64,000 nucleotides of DNA, taken from the NCBI GenBank assembly GCA_951406725.2, contig OX597820.1, positions 35,278,001-35,342,000 on the forward strand, given 5' to 3'. The translations under genes and the position numbers were made by a program. The notes below the pieces were generated by a model. It had not been told where the DNA came from. It was given only the letters and a program-made list of their open reading frames with translations, and did no database searches. Shown one piece after another: positions 40,370-56,739 of the stretch (position 1 is the stretch's first letter; each line of letters starts with the position of its first letter). Origin of the DNA: Octopus vulgaris. Lineage: Eukaryota.

Positions 40370-42877
40370 ACATCAGAGGACTGCTAACACTCAGTAATAG
40401 GACAAAAATCCCGTTCTTGAGATACTTTGTTGCATGCAATCAAGCCTTATGCATAGCACTTACGGAAACACACCTCAAACCGGACATAGCAGATGCGGAA
40501 TTATACATACCACAGTATGTTGTACTACGGACCGACAGAAAAGAAAGGAGTCATGGAGGAGTTGCTATGTCCTTCCGTGAGGACCTCACACCCCAGTTCC
40601 TTTTGTCATACTCAAACTCGGTGTGTGACACACTAATTGTACATATAAGGCAACTTGGTGTAGTTGTGTGTGCTACATATCGCCCTCCAGATGCCCCAAG
40701 CCATGTAGGCAAGTTTGAAGACTGCCTTATAAAAATAGAAGTTCTAGTCACATTAGAACAACACATAAGTGTACTTCTTATGGGAGACTTCAATCTACCC
40801 AATGTCAGATGGCCCGAGGGCCTTTCTCTCCCAGGAATGACACGATGTGAACGAGGACAGGCGAGGTCCCTCCTGAACCTCATCAACACCCTGTACATGG
40901 AGCAAGTAATACTCCAACCAACCAGGGCAGGTAACATACTGGATCTCTGCTTCACAAATAATATGGATCTCATCCATAATGTGACACCGACACTACTCTC
41001 GGATCACAACATGGTAGAGCTGACCATGTACGGGCCAAAGGAAAGCATGGACATGCAGCCTACAAGAAACTCTCAGAATCTTTCCAGCTTGAACTTCCAT
41101 AAGGCAAACTGGAAACAAATTGAGAAAGAGATCCTCAAACAAAACTGGCCTGAATGTCTCTCCTCGCCAGACATCGACATGAAACTTCAACAATTCATGT
41201 CTGTAATGCAAGCCATATGCTACAAATGTGTCCCAGAGAGAAAGGCCACTGTACACAAGAACAAAATCCCCAGAGAGAGGAAAATTCTAATGAGACGGCG
41301 TACAAAAGTTTCAAATCGCCTGAACAAACAAATTGAAAGCAGTGAAAAGTCCCGCCTGAAAATAAAACTGTTGGAAATTGAAAAATGTCTGCAACTCTCC
41401 CATGAAAAGGAAAGAGCAGGCAAAGAAGCCTGGGCTATAGACAACATAAAATCTAACCCCAGAGCTTTCTACAGGTATGCCAAAGAAACAGCTACGGTGC
41501 ACTGTAGGATAGGGCCACTCCTTGAAAAGGATGGCACACTCACAGGAAATCCAATGAGGGTAAGTGAAATACTAAATGAGCAATTCAAGAGTGTTTTCAC
41601 TCCACCCCTTGGGCATTTCCAAGTCAGCAATCCAACTGACTTCTTTACCACTGCAGATATAAAATCAGAGGCAGCGATGATTGATTACATCAATATAAAG
41701 GAAGACGATGTAATAAAGGCTATTGATGAAATGAAAACAAACTCAGCTACTGGCCCCGATGGATTCCCAGCAATCCTTCTAAAAGTATGTAAGAGAGTCC
41801 TAGCAAGACCACTGCAGTTCCTCTTTCAGAGCTTCCTTGCAACTGGCAAACTTCCAAGAAAACTGAAGGAAGGTAAAATATGCCCTATTCATAAAGGAGG
41901 TAGCAGAGCGGAGGCCAAGAACTACAGACCTATCTCTCTGACCTCACACATCAGCAAAGTCATGGAACGAATAGTCAGAAGGAAACTAATCATCTTCCTT
42001 GAAGAAAATGACTTGCTGCCTGACACCCAACATGGTTTCCGACCAGGAAGAAGCTGCTTAACTCAGCTCCTACAACACTATGACTGGGTGCTGAAACGAC
42101 TGCTCAACCACTCAAATGTGGAAGTGATATATCTCGACTTTGCAAAGGCCTTTGATAAAGTCGATCATGGAATGATATGTTACAAACTGCGTGATCTTGG
42201 CATAGTTGGAAAATTGGGAGAATGGCTTCATGACTTTCTCAAGGATAGAAGTCAGGTGGTAGTAGCCAATGAGGCCACTTCCATTAACACGCAAATAGTG
42301 AGCGGTGTCCCGCAGGGCACTGTTTTGGGATCACTACTGTTCATAATGGCCCTCTCAGACATGCCCTCAGCCACACAGAGAGCCACGATCACAAGTTATG
42401 TAGATGATACAAAAGTTTCACAGGCAATACAGAACCCTGAAGACACTAAGCACCTGCAATGTGAGCTGGACAAAATATACAAGTGGGCTGAAAAGAATAG
42501 CATGCAGTTCAATGCTGAAAAGTTTCAAGCTTTATGCTATCAGCATGCAAAACTAAATGCAATACCCAATGAATACACTGGACCTGGAGGGATTGCAATC
42601 CCAGAGGCACAATCAGTGCGTGACCTGGATATTTACATGAGTGATGACGTAACCTTTCATGTACATGTTGCTAAATTGGCAATGAAATGTAGGCGGCTGG
42701 CAGGATGGATTCTTAGAACCTTTAGAACAAGAGAACAAGAAACCATGATGGTCCTCTGGAGGACACTTGTCCTAAGCCACTTTGACTATTGCTCTCAGCT
42801 ATGGTCACCATCCAGTATCAAGTTGATCACAGAACCTGAGGCGATCCAACGAAGCTACACGAAGAAGATAGCCTCTG
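40213..42877 (+). CDS. LINE ORF2, APE endonuclease plus reverse transcriptase (CR1/L2 group), 3'-truncated
   Basis: NIRGL, LTETHL, YRPP, GDFNLP, LDLCF, SDH; [49 protein letters not shown]. Beyond ~42877 the ORF reads through a microsatellite. Confidence 0.95.
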
Positions 42878-42956
42878 TGTATCTATGTATGTATGCATGT
42901 ATGTATACATATCTATTTATCTCTCTCTCTATCTATGTATCTGTCTATCTATCTAC

Positions 42957-43016
<60 letters not shown>

Positions 43017-43041
43017 TTATCCATCTATCTGTCTATCTACT

Positions 43042-43211
<170 letters not shown>

Positions 43212-43546
43212 AGTTCTTTCCTAAATGGATAGCATCAATTGAAGGAGATTTGGAAAAGGGGATTAAGACATTTTTTCGATTATAATGGATCTGAAGACGG
43301 CAACGTGTGTACGAATCCTTAGGTAATACATTAAATCCTAATGGAAATCCACTGGCACAAAAGCGAATCAGAAACGCATACAAAGTAATAGTGAATATTT
43401 TTATATATCTTTAGTGTTGCTACACGTATAAATTGTTCTTTACTTTGTGAGTAGGACTAGATGCAAATATAATACTACATGCATGCTTACTCATACGTGC
43501 AAATATATGTATACACGCACAAACATGCACATGCAAGTCTGTATAT

Positions 43547-43628
<82 letters not shown>

Positions 43629-44087
43629 ATGAGTAGAGTTAGCTCCTGGAATAACCGTCTAAGGGATAAGAATATCCGTTCTTACTACTGGTATCAATAA
43701 CCTATGTTAATCCTGGCCATGGGTATGCAAGCACACTAGATTATTATTTGCTAGTTCACGCTTTTGCCCATCGACTTGCACTGCAAAACGGTATGATTCT
43801 AATATATTGAGCCTTCTTGCCTCATCTCTAGGCCCTGTTCATTCCTCTTCCCTCTTCCCTTCTTTTATTTTATGTATTTGTATTCACTCTGATGAAGCTC
43901 CATTCACTAGATCGGATGTGCTATAAAGATGACGAATATTATTTTCGGAATTTTCTTCGGAGGCAGGCACCGACTGATATTGGTAGCTGAAGCTGCCGTA
44001 AACAATGTTAAAGTTTTGTATTAAAATATAATTAACCGATGTGGGTCAATTTGTTTGTTTGTTGCTCAAAGGTTTTCTCCTTTTCTG

Positions 44088-46088
<2,001 letters not shown>

Positions 46089-46129
46089 ATAATAATAATA
46101 ATAATAATAGTGAAAGAAAAAAAAAAGAA

Positions 46130-46501
46130 TATAATTCCAAAACTTATAATAGTAGGGAATATAATTCCAAAACTTACAGGGAAAATTCAATTTAACAATT
46201 TGAAATCAAATTTCACAATATATAATATATATATATATATATAATTTAGAGAAAAAAACCTCTATTAAACTATTCAACAGAATTAAGTTTAGATCGATTT
46301 GATTTTAAATCGAATTGATTTAATTATTATTATCTATTTTTAAATATAGCCATGAAACGCGCGTAGTCTTTTTACTATTTATTTACTATTTATTGCACTT
46401 TATTGTTTTCTAGAATAAGGTTTTTATAGTATATATTTTCTATATGGTGTGAATAACATCTTTCGTTATTGAATTGTTTAATAGAGGTTTTCTTCTCTAA
46501 A

Positions 46502-46505
<4 letters not shown>
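46130..46505 (+). mobile_element. Fold-back Penelope-like element with the 3' half of a hammerhead
   Basis: Inverted 46243-46277 / 46469-46502; aaatatagccat-GAAA-C-gcgc-G-UA-gtct; same family as the 5.3 kb motif. Confidence 0.55.
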
Positions 46506-46593
<88 letters not shown>

Positions 46594-46658
46594 TCTGTAT
46601 ATATATACGTAAGTATAAATGTCTATATCTCTATCGACTATATATATATATATATATG

Positions 46659-46930
46659 TATATAATATAATTCGAGACAAAACCACTATTTTAAAACCAA
46701 ACAAGAAAAGACTTAATCAATACATAAAATTTTAATATAAATTAAATAAAATAAATAATTTATTTAATTTATATTAAAATTTTATGTATTGATTAAGTCT
46801 TTTCTTGTTTGGTTTTAAAATAGTGGTTTTGTCTCGAATTATATTATATAATATTTTACTATAAAATTGGATTTAACCCTAAATCTTATTTTTCCCTGTA
46901 ATTTTGGATTCATTCCCTAATATTTATTAT
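46659..46930. repeat. 92-bp-arm palindrome with unpaired extension, in (TA)n
   Basis: Arms 46659-46750 / 46759-46850; the extension resembles the reverse complement of 46148-46190. Confidence 0.85.
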
Positions 46931-47110
46931 TATATATATGTATCTATATATATATATATATATATATACATGCATACATATATATATATATATATATATA
47001 CATTTATATATATACATAGATGTATATATATATATATATACATACATATATTTGTGTGTGTGCGTGTATATAGACACATATATACATATTTACAGGTGTG
47101 TACATCCCCA

Positions 47111-47144
<34 letters not shown>

Positions 47145-47602
47145 TATATATGTGTGTGTATGTAAGTATGTATTATGTATGTATGTATGTATACTAATAC
47201 ATGACCCGTCTTCTTATAATAGGTATTGCTTTGTTTTATTGAAATGCAAGTATATAATCAACGAAAAATAAGCACATACTAAAATAAAGAGTTAAAAAGT
47301 GTTAACATCAAAATAAGTACAATGTAAGTCTATCTGTCTATTTCTATAGACAACATTGTATACAATAGCCTACAGGCAAGAAAGTTTGACAGTCATACAT
47401 TGTCTGTGCATATACTATTTGTAGTGAACTTAACGCTTTCATAATTAGGATGCCTGTGGTTTCCTCTTGATATAGTAGGAGGGTGGGCAGAAAAGTTCAT
47501 AGGTAGAGTAAAGGTACAGCTGTAAAACCTTGCATGCATTAATCCCAACTCCTCGTATTAATATCTGCATTATTTCCTTCCTAGTAAACAAGACCTCTGA
47601 CT

Positions 47603-47937
47603 ACATTATTTACATTATTTACATTCGACGGATAGTTGTACACATTATGTTTGTAGTTAACACAACGTTTCGGCTGATATTCCCTCCAGCCTTCTTCAGG
47701 TGTCTTGGGGAAATTTAGAACCTGGGTTCTCATTCCTAAGGTATTTTTCGATGTTGTTGTTGTTATTATTATTATTATTATTATTGTTCAGGTAACTGCT
47801 TGGAATCGAACTCCGAATCTTGGGGTTAGTAGCCCGCGCTCTTAACCACTACGCCATTTGCCCATGAGCGAATATCCGTCGAATGTAAATATTGTAAATA
47901 ATGTACATAATTCTTCATCTCTTAAATATAGAATTGT
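47603..47937 (-). mobile_element. tRNA-headed element with hammerhead tail, nested in the mariner
   Basis: A/B boxes, (AAT)n linker, hammerhead at 47659-47704, inverted tail copy at 47873-47905; flanked by aagacctctgact / aagacatctgact. Confidence 0.8.
47659..47704 (-). ncRNA. Minimal type I hammerhead ribozyme motif
   Basis: gacac-CUGAAGA-a-ggctg-gagggaatat-cagcc-GAAA-cg-UU-gtgtt; intact core. Confidence 0.72.
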
Positions 47938-50214
47938 AAGACATCTGACTGTTCAAAGAAAGCTTTAAACGTAACTAGTAGCGACTTCTCTTGAAACAGG
48001 TCAAAATTTGGCATTGCCGTGCAATCAAGAACCCGCAGAAAAAATACTTGGCCCCCTAACAACATACATGTTGATATGGTTGCTACGTTAGCGGTGATGC
48101 TCCAGTTTTATAAACAGTGCCAAAGTGGGCAACTGAATTTTAAAAAGGAAGGAAGAGTTTTGAAGATGACACAAGGTCTGGACGTCTTGAAACTACCATC
48201 ACAGAGGAAAACCTTAATATCGTTCACCGCATAGGGATGGATGACAGGCAGTTGACTATGAATAAAATAACCAATGCAATTAGCATTACCCTTGAGAAAG
48301 TTGAACATATTCAGCACAATGAACCTGGCATGAAGAACGTTTCTGCTCTGTGGGTACCACATCGGATGCTTGATCAAAAGTACACTAGGCTGATCACATC
48401 ACGGGAAAATCTGACATTGTGTCAGGTAGATCCAAATGGTTTACACGAATGTTTCCTAACTCAAGATGAGTGTTGGCTTCATCGCTTTGAGCCAGAAACA
48501 AAGAGATAATCTATGCTTTGGAAACACTCCTCTTCACCTCCTCCAAAGAAGGCCAAGGTCAAGGTCATTTCATCTGGAGAGAAGATGATGACCTTAGGTT
48601 TTTGGGGATGCAAAAGGAATTATGTTTATTGGTTATCCTCAGAAAGGCTACACCATCAATGGAGATCATTATGCCAACTTTCTGAGGCAGTTATGAAACG
48701 TTATGTAGAGCAAACACAGAAAACTGGCGAAAGTGATCTAATCTCATCGGGACAATCTTCCTTTGGTTTCAATGGCTGCTGTGCGTAACTGTGGCTTTGA
48801 ACCGGTTGAGCAGCTTCCTTATTCCTTTGATTTAGCCGAATTTGACTATTATTTGTTCTCCAGCACGAAAAAAAGAAATTCACTAGGAGCCAGTATCGCA
48901 GTGATGGTAATATCATATCTGTTGTTGATGACTTTCTTGACCAACACGATGAAAGTATCTGCACCAATGGACTCCAAGCACTGCAACACCGACGGAAGAA
49001 GTGTGTAGACCGCAAAGGGGACTATGTTAAAAAATAAACTTCATTTGGTCATATTCTATGTGGGTATCTTCGTCAACCTATGAACTTGTCAGCTGACTCT
49101 CGTACATTGAGTTTGATCATAAATATCTTAATGCCTGGTGGAACTACAAACAACGTACACCTACCCATGTGAGAACACGTCTGTAGTATCGTGAAGAAGC
49201 TAACTTATTAAAATTTTACTGAGAGAAACGAATACTAACTCGTAAGTTTTCTGAAAACGAATTTAAAGAACAGAAATTCAATATTTTCTTTTTGTTTTAT
49301 AATAAAATTCTTCTAAAGAAGCAATTTCTTTATTTTCGAAAAGGACACTTTGATGTCATTAACGAACGTGTTCAGAAATATCTATGATGTGTGTCTGTGT
49401 ACATGATGGTTGTCTGCTAGTGACCGAGGAAGACCATCACTGACCGCTAAGAACACTGTGTGCTTAATTTTATGTGAAACTGGGAGCAATGTTTTTTTTT
49501 TTTTATTTCTTTTGTCTTTTGATTGAATTTTGTCACCGGAAAAGTATTTTCACTTAACCATCTGTCTGCTAGTGTATGTGCATGTATTGTTTGTGTGTGT
49601 ACGTGTGTGTGTGTGTGTGTGTATGTGTGTGTGTGTGTGTGCGTGCATGTGCGTGTGTGTCTGTGTATGTGTCTGTGTGTGTGTTTGTGTGTGTTTGTGC
49701 GTGTGAGTGTGTGTTGTGTGTGTGTGTACGTGAGAGAGAGAGAGAGAGAGTGTGTGTGTGTGTGTGTGCGTGTGAAAATAAAACAATGTAGTCATTATAG
49801 ACTATTAAAACCTTTCCCTCTGCAATATAATGATATAGTGTTGAACTCCAGAAGACTACGTATATAATACGCGTCATTGTAGTCTTCATAACGTCACAGT
49901 ATTGTGACGTAAAAAAATTGCATGGGAAATCCAGCACGCCATTTTATACGAGGAGCGCACAAACACGCACACACGTACATATTTCACACCTATATATAAA
50001 ATTTTTCATGCCATAAAAATAGATTGCCGAGCTAACAAGTGTGACGAACCAACAAGGAAGTTATTACATGTCTACCTAACCATCTAGAAATAGCAGCCAA
50101 GATATTCCTCAAATCATGCTCACACGTCTGAAAGTTCATTTTGGATAGTGTAGATTATCCTCTCACCCAAACTTACAGTTTAAGCTTGCGCTCGCGAACA
50201 AACGTCATCTTCTT

Positions 50215-50577
50215 CTTTAATCCTTAGCTGCTATGGGTGCCTTTGGATGACGGACGCTGGTGAGGATGTTATTCGAAGCTTTACGATCCATAGCGCCGGC
50301 TTTAGCATGCTCGAAGTCGAATGGCTGCGACTTCAGGTCTTCCACAGTTTGTTTCGCCCATGTCATCTTTGATGAGCCGCGCTGAATTCTCCAGTTCGTG
50401 AGTCTCAGCCGCTGCAAAAGTTGAAGTGGTAGTCTTCCATTGTTCATCTTGCTGCAAACGTGACCAAACCACCGTAGCCTGCGCTGCCTAATGCGGTCTT
50501 CAATAGTCGACTGCTGCTGTCGCTGTTCTCAGATGTTGCGGTTCGAGGCTTGGTGTGATGGTAAGAGTCTGACCATA
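50215..50577 (-). mobile_element. RTE-like LINE 3' fragment
   Basis: TIEDRIRRRRLRWFGHVCSKMNNGRLPLQLL...TWAKQTVEDLK. Confidence 0.75.
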
Positions 50578-50917
50578 AAGACCCCTTTCGGTCATGAATG
50601 ACCATGGGATTGTACCTAGAAAGTTTCCCTCAGAGGAACAAGTCCGGGCAAGGTTGTTTTAAGGAAGACCAGCAGTCACCCATGCATACCAGCTTCCCCT
50701 CTTCATGCCACCGATGTTATCCAAGGGAAAGGCAAAGGCCAATACAACTTGGCATCAGTGATGCTGCAACTCATTTCTACAGTTGAGTGCACTGGAGCAA
50801 CATGAAATAAAGTGCCTTGCTTAAGAACACAACACACAGCCCCGTCTGGGAATCGAACTCACTACCTCATGATTGTGAGTCCGACGCTCTAGCCACTGAG
50901 CCATGCGCCTTCAAACC
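50578..50917 (-). mobile_element. SINE family D with 10-bp TSD
   Basis: tctgaccata at 50568-50577 and 50918-50927. Confidence 0.85.
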
Positions 50918-51352
50918 TCTGACCATATGATCAAGCAATTTGTGATGTCTTTCCTCAGTTCTTTATCAGCCAAACTGGACGAAATGTATTTTGCTACACA
51001 CCGACAACGTTTCACTCCAACAAGAAAAAGTACCTATGGCCTTTCTGGAGTCCCACATAATTGCGTACGCCTTTCATCATTAAGTTTTCTCATTTTATAT
51101 GTGCCCACATATGTTACCTTTCCGTTGCACGGTCAATTCATCAATCAATATATTTTTCGCATGTCAGACCATGTCATAACGCCTGGCCATTGCTACATTA
51201 TAGAAATATGGCAAAGGAACACGATTACTTCCTTCAAAACCACTTGCATATATATATATATATATATATGCGCGCGCGTCTGTGTGTAGATGATTGTGAA
51301 TGTATATGAATATGTGTGTGTGTGTGTGTGTGCGTGTGTGTGCGTGTGTGTG

Positions 51353-51461
<109 letters not shown>

Positions 51462-51469
51462 GCGGAAAC

Positions 51470-51878
51470 TTTTATCTTTTACTTCTTTCAGTCATTAATT
51501 AGACTGCAGCCATGCTAGAGCACCGTCTTGAGGAATTATTCTTTCAATAGAATGAATCGACCCCCAGTACTTTTGTTTTTTAAACCTGGTAAATGTTCCA
51601 TCGGTCACTTTTGCCAAACCGCTAACGTCACGGGAACGTAAGCACACGAAAACCGGTTGTCTAGCGGTGATGGAGAGCAAACTCAGACGCAAAGATACCC
51701 ACACATACGCACATACGACGGGCTTCTGTCAGTTTCCGTCTACTAAATCCACTCACAAGGTTTTGGTCGTCATGAGGCCATAGTAGAAGATACTTGCCCA
51801 AGATGCCACGAAGTGAGACTGAACATAGAACCATGTGGTTGGGAAGCAAACTTCTTTCTTCGCAGCCACGCCCGAGCA
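51470..51878 (-). mobile_element. SINE family A
   Basis: Head and tail motifs on the minus strand. Confidence 0.8.
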
Positions 51879-52119
51879 TATTTCAAACAATAGATGATTA
51901 AACAAAAACCGATTCGGATTACCAGATGAAACACTAGTAATGGGTAACTCAGAGTACAGCAACTTGTAAGCTTTTCGGTTAGAATGCATTAAAGGATATT
52001 CTACACATTTAAGTATTGAGTTCTGTAACATACATACATACATACATACATACATACATACATACATACATACATACATACATACATACATACATACATA
52101 CATACATACATAAATACAT

Positions 52120-52677
52120 ACATGGTGGCTGCCCTCTAGTTATCGATTATGGCCATTGCACCCAGCTTAATCAATGTTGCTATCGTGCAATGCCTTTGCA
52201 AGAAGATTTTTTTTAAAGTGAGGAAAGGCTGTGCACTGAGACAATCCCACTCACTAAGCAACAGCAGCCATAATCCGAAAAGAAGAACAAGTCAACATTA
52301 TCGGTAACCACTGTGCCGCAGGTTTTATATCGGAGTTATTCCAGTTACCTCAGTTACCTTCTCCTTGAAGGATGCCCTGACAAAGGCTAGGAGTCCTTCA
52401 CTTTCAATAGTTTAACCGCGCGATCGGGTATTCAGTCCGATTATTTCTATGTCCCTGCGCATGATACAGCCTTAAGATATTTATTGGATGGTCATTGACT
52501 CTCAAGAGTTCCTCCGCCCTTTGACGGGTTTTGTTTTTCATCCAGCAGGGTGTCCAATAAACACCATCCTCACCAAGCAAGCTTGGTGGGGTTGCCGGTT
52601 TAGTCGCCGACGACCCGACCATGCAACAGGTTGTACTGGGTTACATGTGACCAGTAGCACACGAAAGTGACCTGACA
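52120..52677 (-). mobile_element. Probable non-autonomous RTE-derived element
   Basis: GC-richer non-coding unit between (TACA)n tracts, with structured 5' part and a gggtgcaatggccataatcga tail resembling RTE 3' ends; identification by resemblance only. Confidence 0.35.
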
Positions 52678-52681
52678 TACA

Positions 52682-52714
<33 letters not shown>

Positions 52715-52949
52715 GCATACGCTGGTATGCACATACATATATAGATATGGGTATGCGAGAATGTGTGTTATGGCATTATGCATCTGAAGAGGCCTTCTAA
52801 AGTTATATCAAGATGAAATAAATGATAAAGTTATATAAAGTTTTGAAAAACTAACATCATCATTTTTATGAAAAAGTAAATAAGCAAATATAAATGTAAA
52901 TAAATAAGATATATATATATATACATATATATATACATATATAATTATG

Positions 52950-52992
<43 letters not shown>

Positions 52993-53519
52993 AGGGAGAG
53001 AAAGAGAGCGAGAGAGAAGGAAAGAGAATGATATATATTTATACACACACATATATATATGCGCATACATACGTATATACATACATAATTAAATAAATGG
53101 ATAAAAGCCTTATGCTATAATTGATATAGTGTATGAGACGCTGCCTTTTCATTGGATGTGATGACTATAGCCAACACGTTCACCAGACGTCTTTGATCAC
53201 GAGACTTGATTAATATCACGTGCGGTTACGCCGTTTGATTCGAGTTATTTTTTTTTATCTCTGCAGCCATTTTAGATTTTTGTATTTCTTTATGTTTTAT
53301 GCATTTAAAAAAAAATTGTTTTGGCTAGGCAGAAGATTACATTGTGTTATATTTATTGTTGTTTAGATTTGGTATTTGTTGGTTGTGTTATTGCTGTTTG
53401 TTTAAGTTTAGGTATCTGTTTTATTACCGGAGGTACTGCAACCGATTCGTTTGAACTCATCCTGGCCTTTGATGTGTGTGTGTGTGTGTATGTACCTGTG
53501 TGTGTATACATACAAGTAA

Positions 53520-53550
<31 letters not shown>

Positions 53551-53715
53551 GATATATATATATATATATATATATATGCGTATGATGTACGCGTGTATAT
53601 GAATCTACATACATCTATACATACATGTAAGCATATATCTATACATACATATATATATGCGTGTGTGTGTGTGTGGAGAGAGAGAGAGAGAGTGAGATAG
53701 AGAGAGAGACAGACA

Positions 53716-53766
<51 letters not shown>

Positions 53767-53927
53767 ACACACACAAACGAACACACACACACGAACACAC
53801 ACACACGAACACACACGCAAATATATCTTACCGCGTAATATAAAAAAATGACCACTGAAAATAGATATGGTCCATATATGAGTGTGTGTATGTGTACCGT
53901 TATTATGCATATATATTTATATATACA

Positions 53928-53967
<40 letters not shown>

Positions 53968-54294
53968 CATATATCTATCTATCTATATATATATATATAT
54001 ATACATACACACTCATACGCATACACACATACATACTCTCACACACACGTACACACACATAGAGACACACGCATACAGACACACACATACAGACTCACAT
54101 ATACATATATTCTCTTTACAAAGAATTTTTTCGTAGCAATTATAGGTGCATAAATGTTTATGCGTTTATAATGATTCCAAGCACAAGCGATCGAAAAGTC
54201 TAGCTTCCCCATCCTTTATCACAGAATTTTTGCGTACTTTGATATTACTTTTAATTCAATGAGTACTCTGGTAAACCTTGCACCAAAGCAGTTT

Positions 54295-54509
54295 ACTCTT
54301 ACTCTTTAGTCTTTTACTTGTTTCGGTCATTTGACTGCGGCCATGCTGGAGCACCACCTTAAGGCGAGCAAATTGACCCCAGGACTTATTCTTTGTAAAC
54401 CTAGTACTTATTCTATCGGTCTGTTTTGCCGAACCGCTAAGTTACAGGGATGTAAACACACCAGCATCGGTTGTCGAGCGATGTTTGGGGGACAAACACA
54501 GACACACAA

Positions 54510-54549
<40 letters not shown>

Positions 54550-54802
54550 GCGCGCGTGTGTGTGTATGTGTGTATGTTTGTGTGCCTGATTTTTTTCCCC
54601 CAGCATCGCTTGACCACCGACGGTGGTCTGTTTACGTCCCCATACGACGGGCTTCTTTCAGTTACCAAATCCACTCACAAGGCTTTGGTCGGCCCGAGGC
54701 TATAGTAGAAGGCATTTGCCCATGGTGTCATGCAGTGGGACTGAACCCGGAACCATGTGGTTCGTAAGCAAGCTACTTACCACACAGCCATTCCTGCGCC
54801 TT
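54295..54802 (-). mobile_element. SINE family A with an inverted internal piece
   Basis: Tail 54295-54545 (-), inverted fragment ~54560-54641, head 54642-54802 (-). Confidence 0.8.
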
Positions 54803-56739
54803 TGTTGTAGAATCAAATATGATTTCTTGATATTTTTTTCACAAGAACAACAATATCAACCGTCATCACCATCATAGGCAAGAGTACAACAGCAACAGTT
54901 GCAGCATGAATTACCACTACGGCAACCACAACTGCTACTACCACAACTATACAACATCAACTACCACTACCACTACTGCAGAGAGTACAATAGCCGTATC
55001 AACCAACCATCGCCATCACAGCAATAATTTGAACCAACACGCCATCACCACCACCATCACCACCGTCACCACCACTCTTTCACAACCACAGCTAGAACGA
55101 CAACTAATTCTATCATTCGACTACTACTGCTACAACATGTGTTGAGGCGCAGTGGGCTAGTGATTAGGGAAGCGGACTCGCGGTCGTAAGAATGCGGTTT
55201 CGATTCCCAGGCCGGGCATTGTGAGTGTTTATTCAGCAAAAACACCTAAGCTCCACGAGGAGCTTAGGTGAGTGGGTGGAGGTGGGGGGTTGATCACAAC
55301 TACCACAGTAACAACAACTACAAATACTATCACCGCCAATGCAACTGCAACCACATCAACATCAGATCCACCACCACCATAAAAACAATCCTTGAAACCT
55401 GCACATTCACGACAACACGATAACAACGACTTCGGCCGACACCATCACTACAATAGCAACGATAGCATCAACAACTTCCACCACCACGACCACCACTGCC
55501 ACCACCATAACCACTGCGAGCAACAAAATCAGCAACGACATAATCGCCACTACCACCATCACTTTAACAATAATAGCTACGAAAATGTATCTAATTGGTA
55601 GTTCAACCTTATAAAAATTATCAGCTAATAAGCGCAGGCGTGGCTGTGTGGTAAGAACCTTGCTTCCCAACCATACTGTTCTGGGTTCTGCCCCACTGCG
55701 TGGCACTTTGGGCAAGTGTCTTCTGCTATAGCCTCGAGCCGTACAAAACCATGTGAGTGGATTATAGAGTATATGTGTGCGAAAAACACCACTGGGCTAT
55801 GAATGACCTCATCGGACCGTAGGACACGTGTTGGCGCATCGTTATGTTTCATCAGGTTCTGATACTGAATCCATTATTCTATGTTTGAATGTAGAGCAAC
55901 TTGTTAAACATATCTGTATAGATATATATTACAATCAAATTGCTTTGCGCACATCCACTTAATCAACTCTAGCTTGACAAAGCTTTGCACAAAGTAGACA
56001 CAGATTGCCTATATTCCAATTAAGTTTGACAATATTAAAAATTTTACTTAAATAGATTTGTCATTATTAAGCTGACATTTCGAACATATCACGTGATCGC
56101 ATGGTCAAATAGACTATGGGGTGTTGTTATATATCGCTGGTTACAATGCACTTATGTATCGTTTTAGCTTTCGAATGATGCCACATCATTGACTTGGTGA
56201 GCAGGCCAACATTAGTCTCTCGCAGGATTAGCCATTTACAGCTAACATGAAATGAAATGTTTTGCTCTAAAGTACAACACACTGCTCGGTCATGAATCGA
56301 ACCCACGGCCTAGCGTGAAATTTTGATGGAAGGTTTTAATTTAGATCACTTTAAAGTTTAAGAGGCATTTCTTAATGGTCTGTGTCCTATGGATTCCGTA
56401 TCCACAGGGGATGAAGCACAACGATACAGAAACACGTGTCCTACGGTGCGATGATGTGCTTCATAAACTAGATATTTTACCGTCTAACATCATTCATAGC
56501 TGAGTGGTACGTTTTTTACGAACATTGTCAGTAAGCAAAATTTCTCTACCGTGCCAGTTTCTGAGCGAAGGTCTTTATACGTGTGAGTGTGCACAAACGT
56601 GTTCAATATAATTGTACTCACATATATTTTAACCAACGCTGCTTCGTGTAACCTTAGTTAATTAATTCCAATTGTGCAAAGATTTGTGCACACCTGAAAA
56701 TTTACAATTTAGTTCAGTACAAGATCAGCAGCTTTTAGT

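Larger units (their letters stand above)
47478..49102 (+). mobile_element. Decayed full-length mariner transposon
   Basis: Ends match 25/32 including the flanking TA; motifs WVPHRML, TQDECWLHRFEPETKR and PYSFDLAEFDYYLF in shifted frames. Confidence 0.92.

Noticed and set aside
43885-44005. ctgatgaagctcc...agctgaag long-helix hammerhead
   Set aside because: GAAA is absent and helix I does not pair; too degenerate to call.
52590-52677. HDV-like ribozyme in an RTE-type 5' end
   Set aside because: P2/P4-like pairings are present but no convincing P1/P3/P1.1 by hand; needs a motif search.
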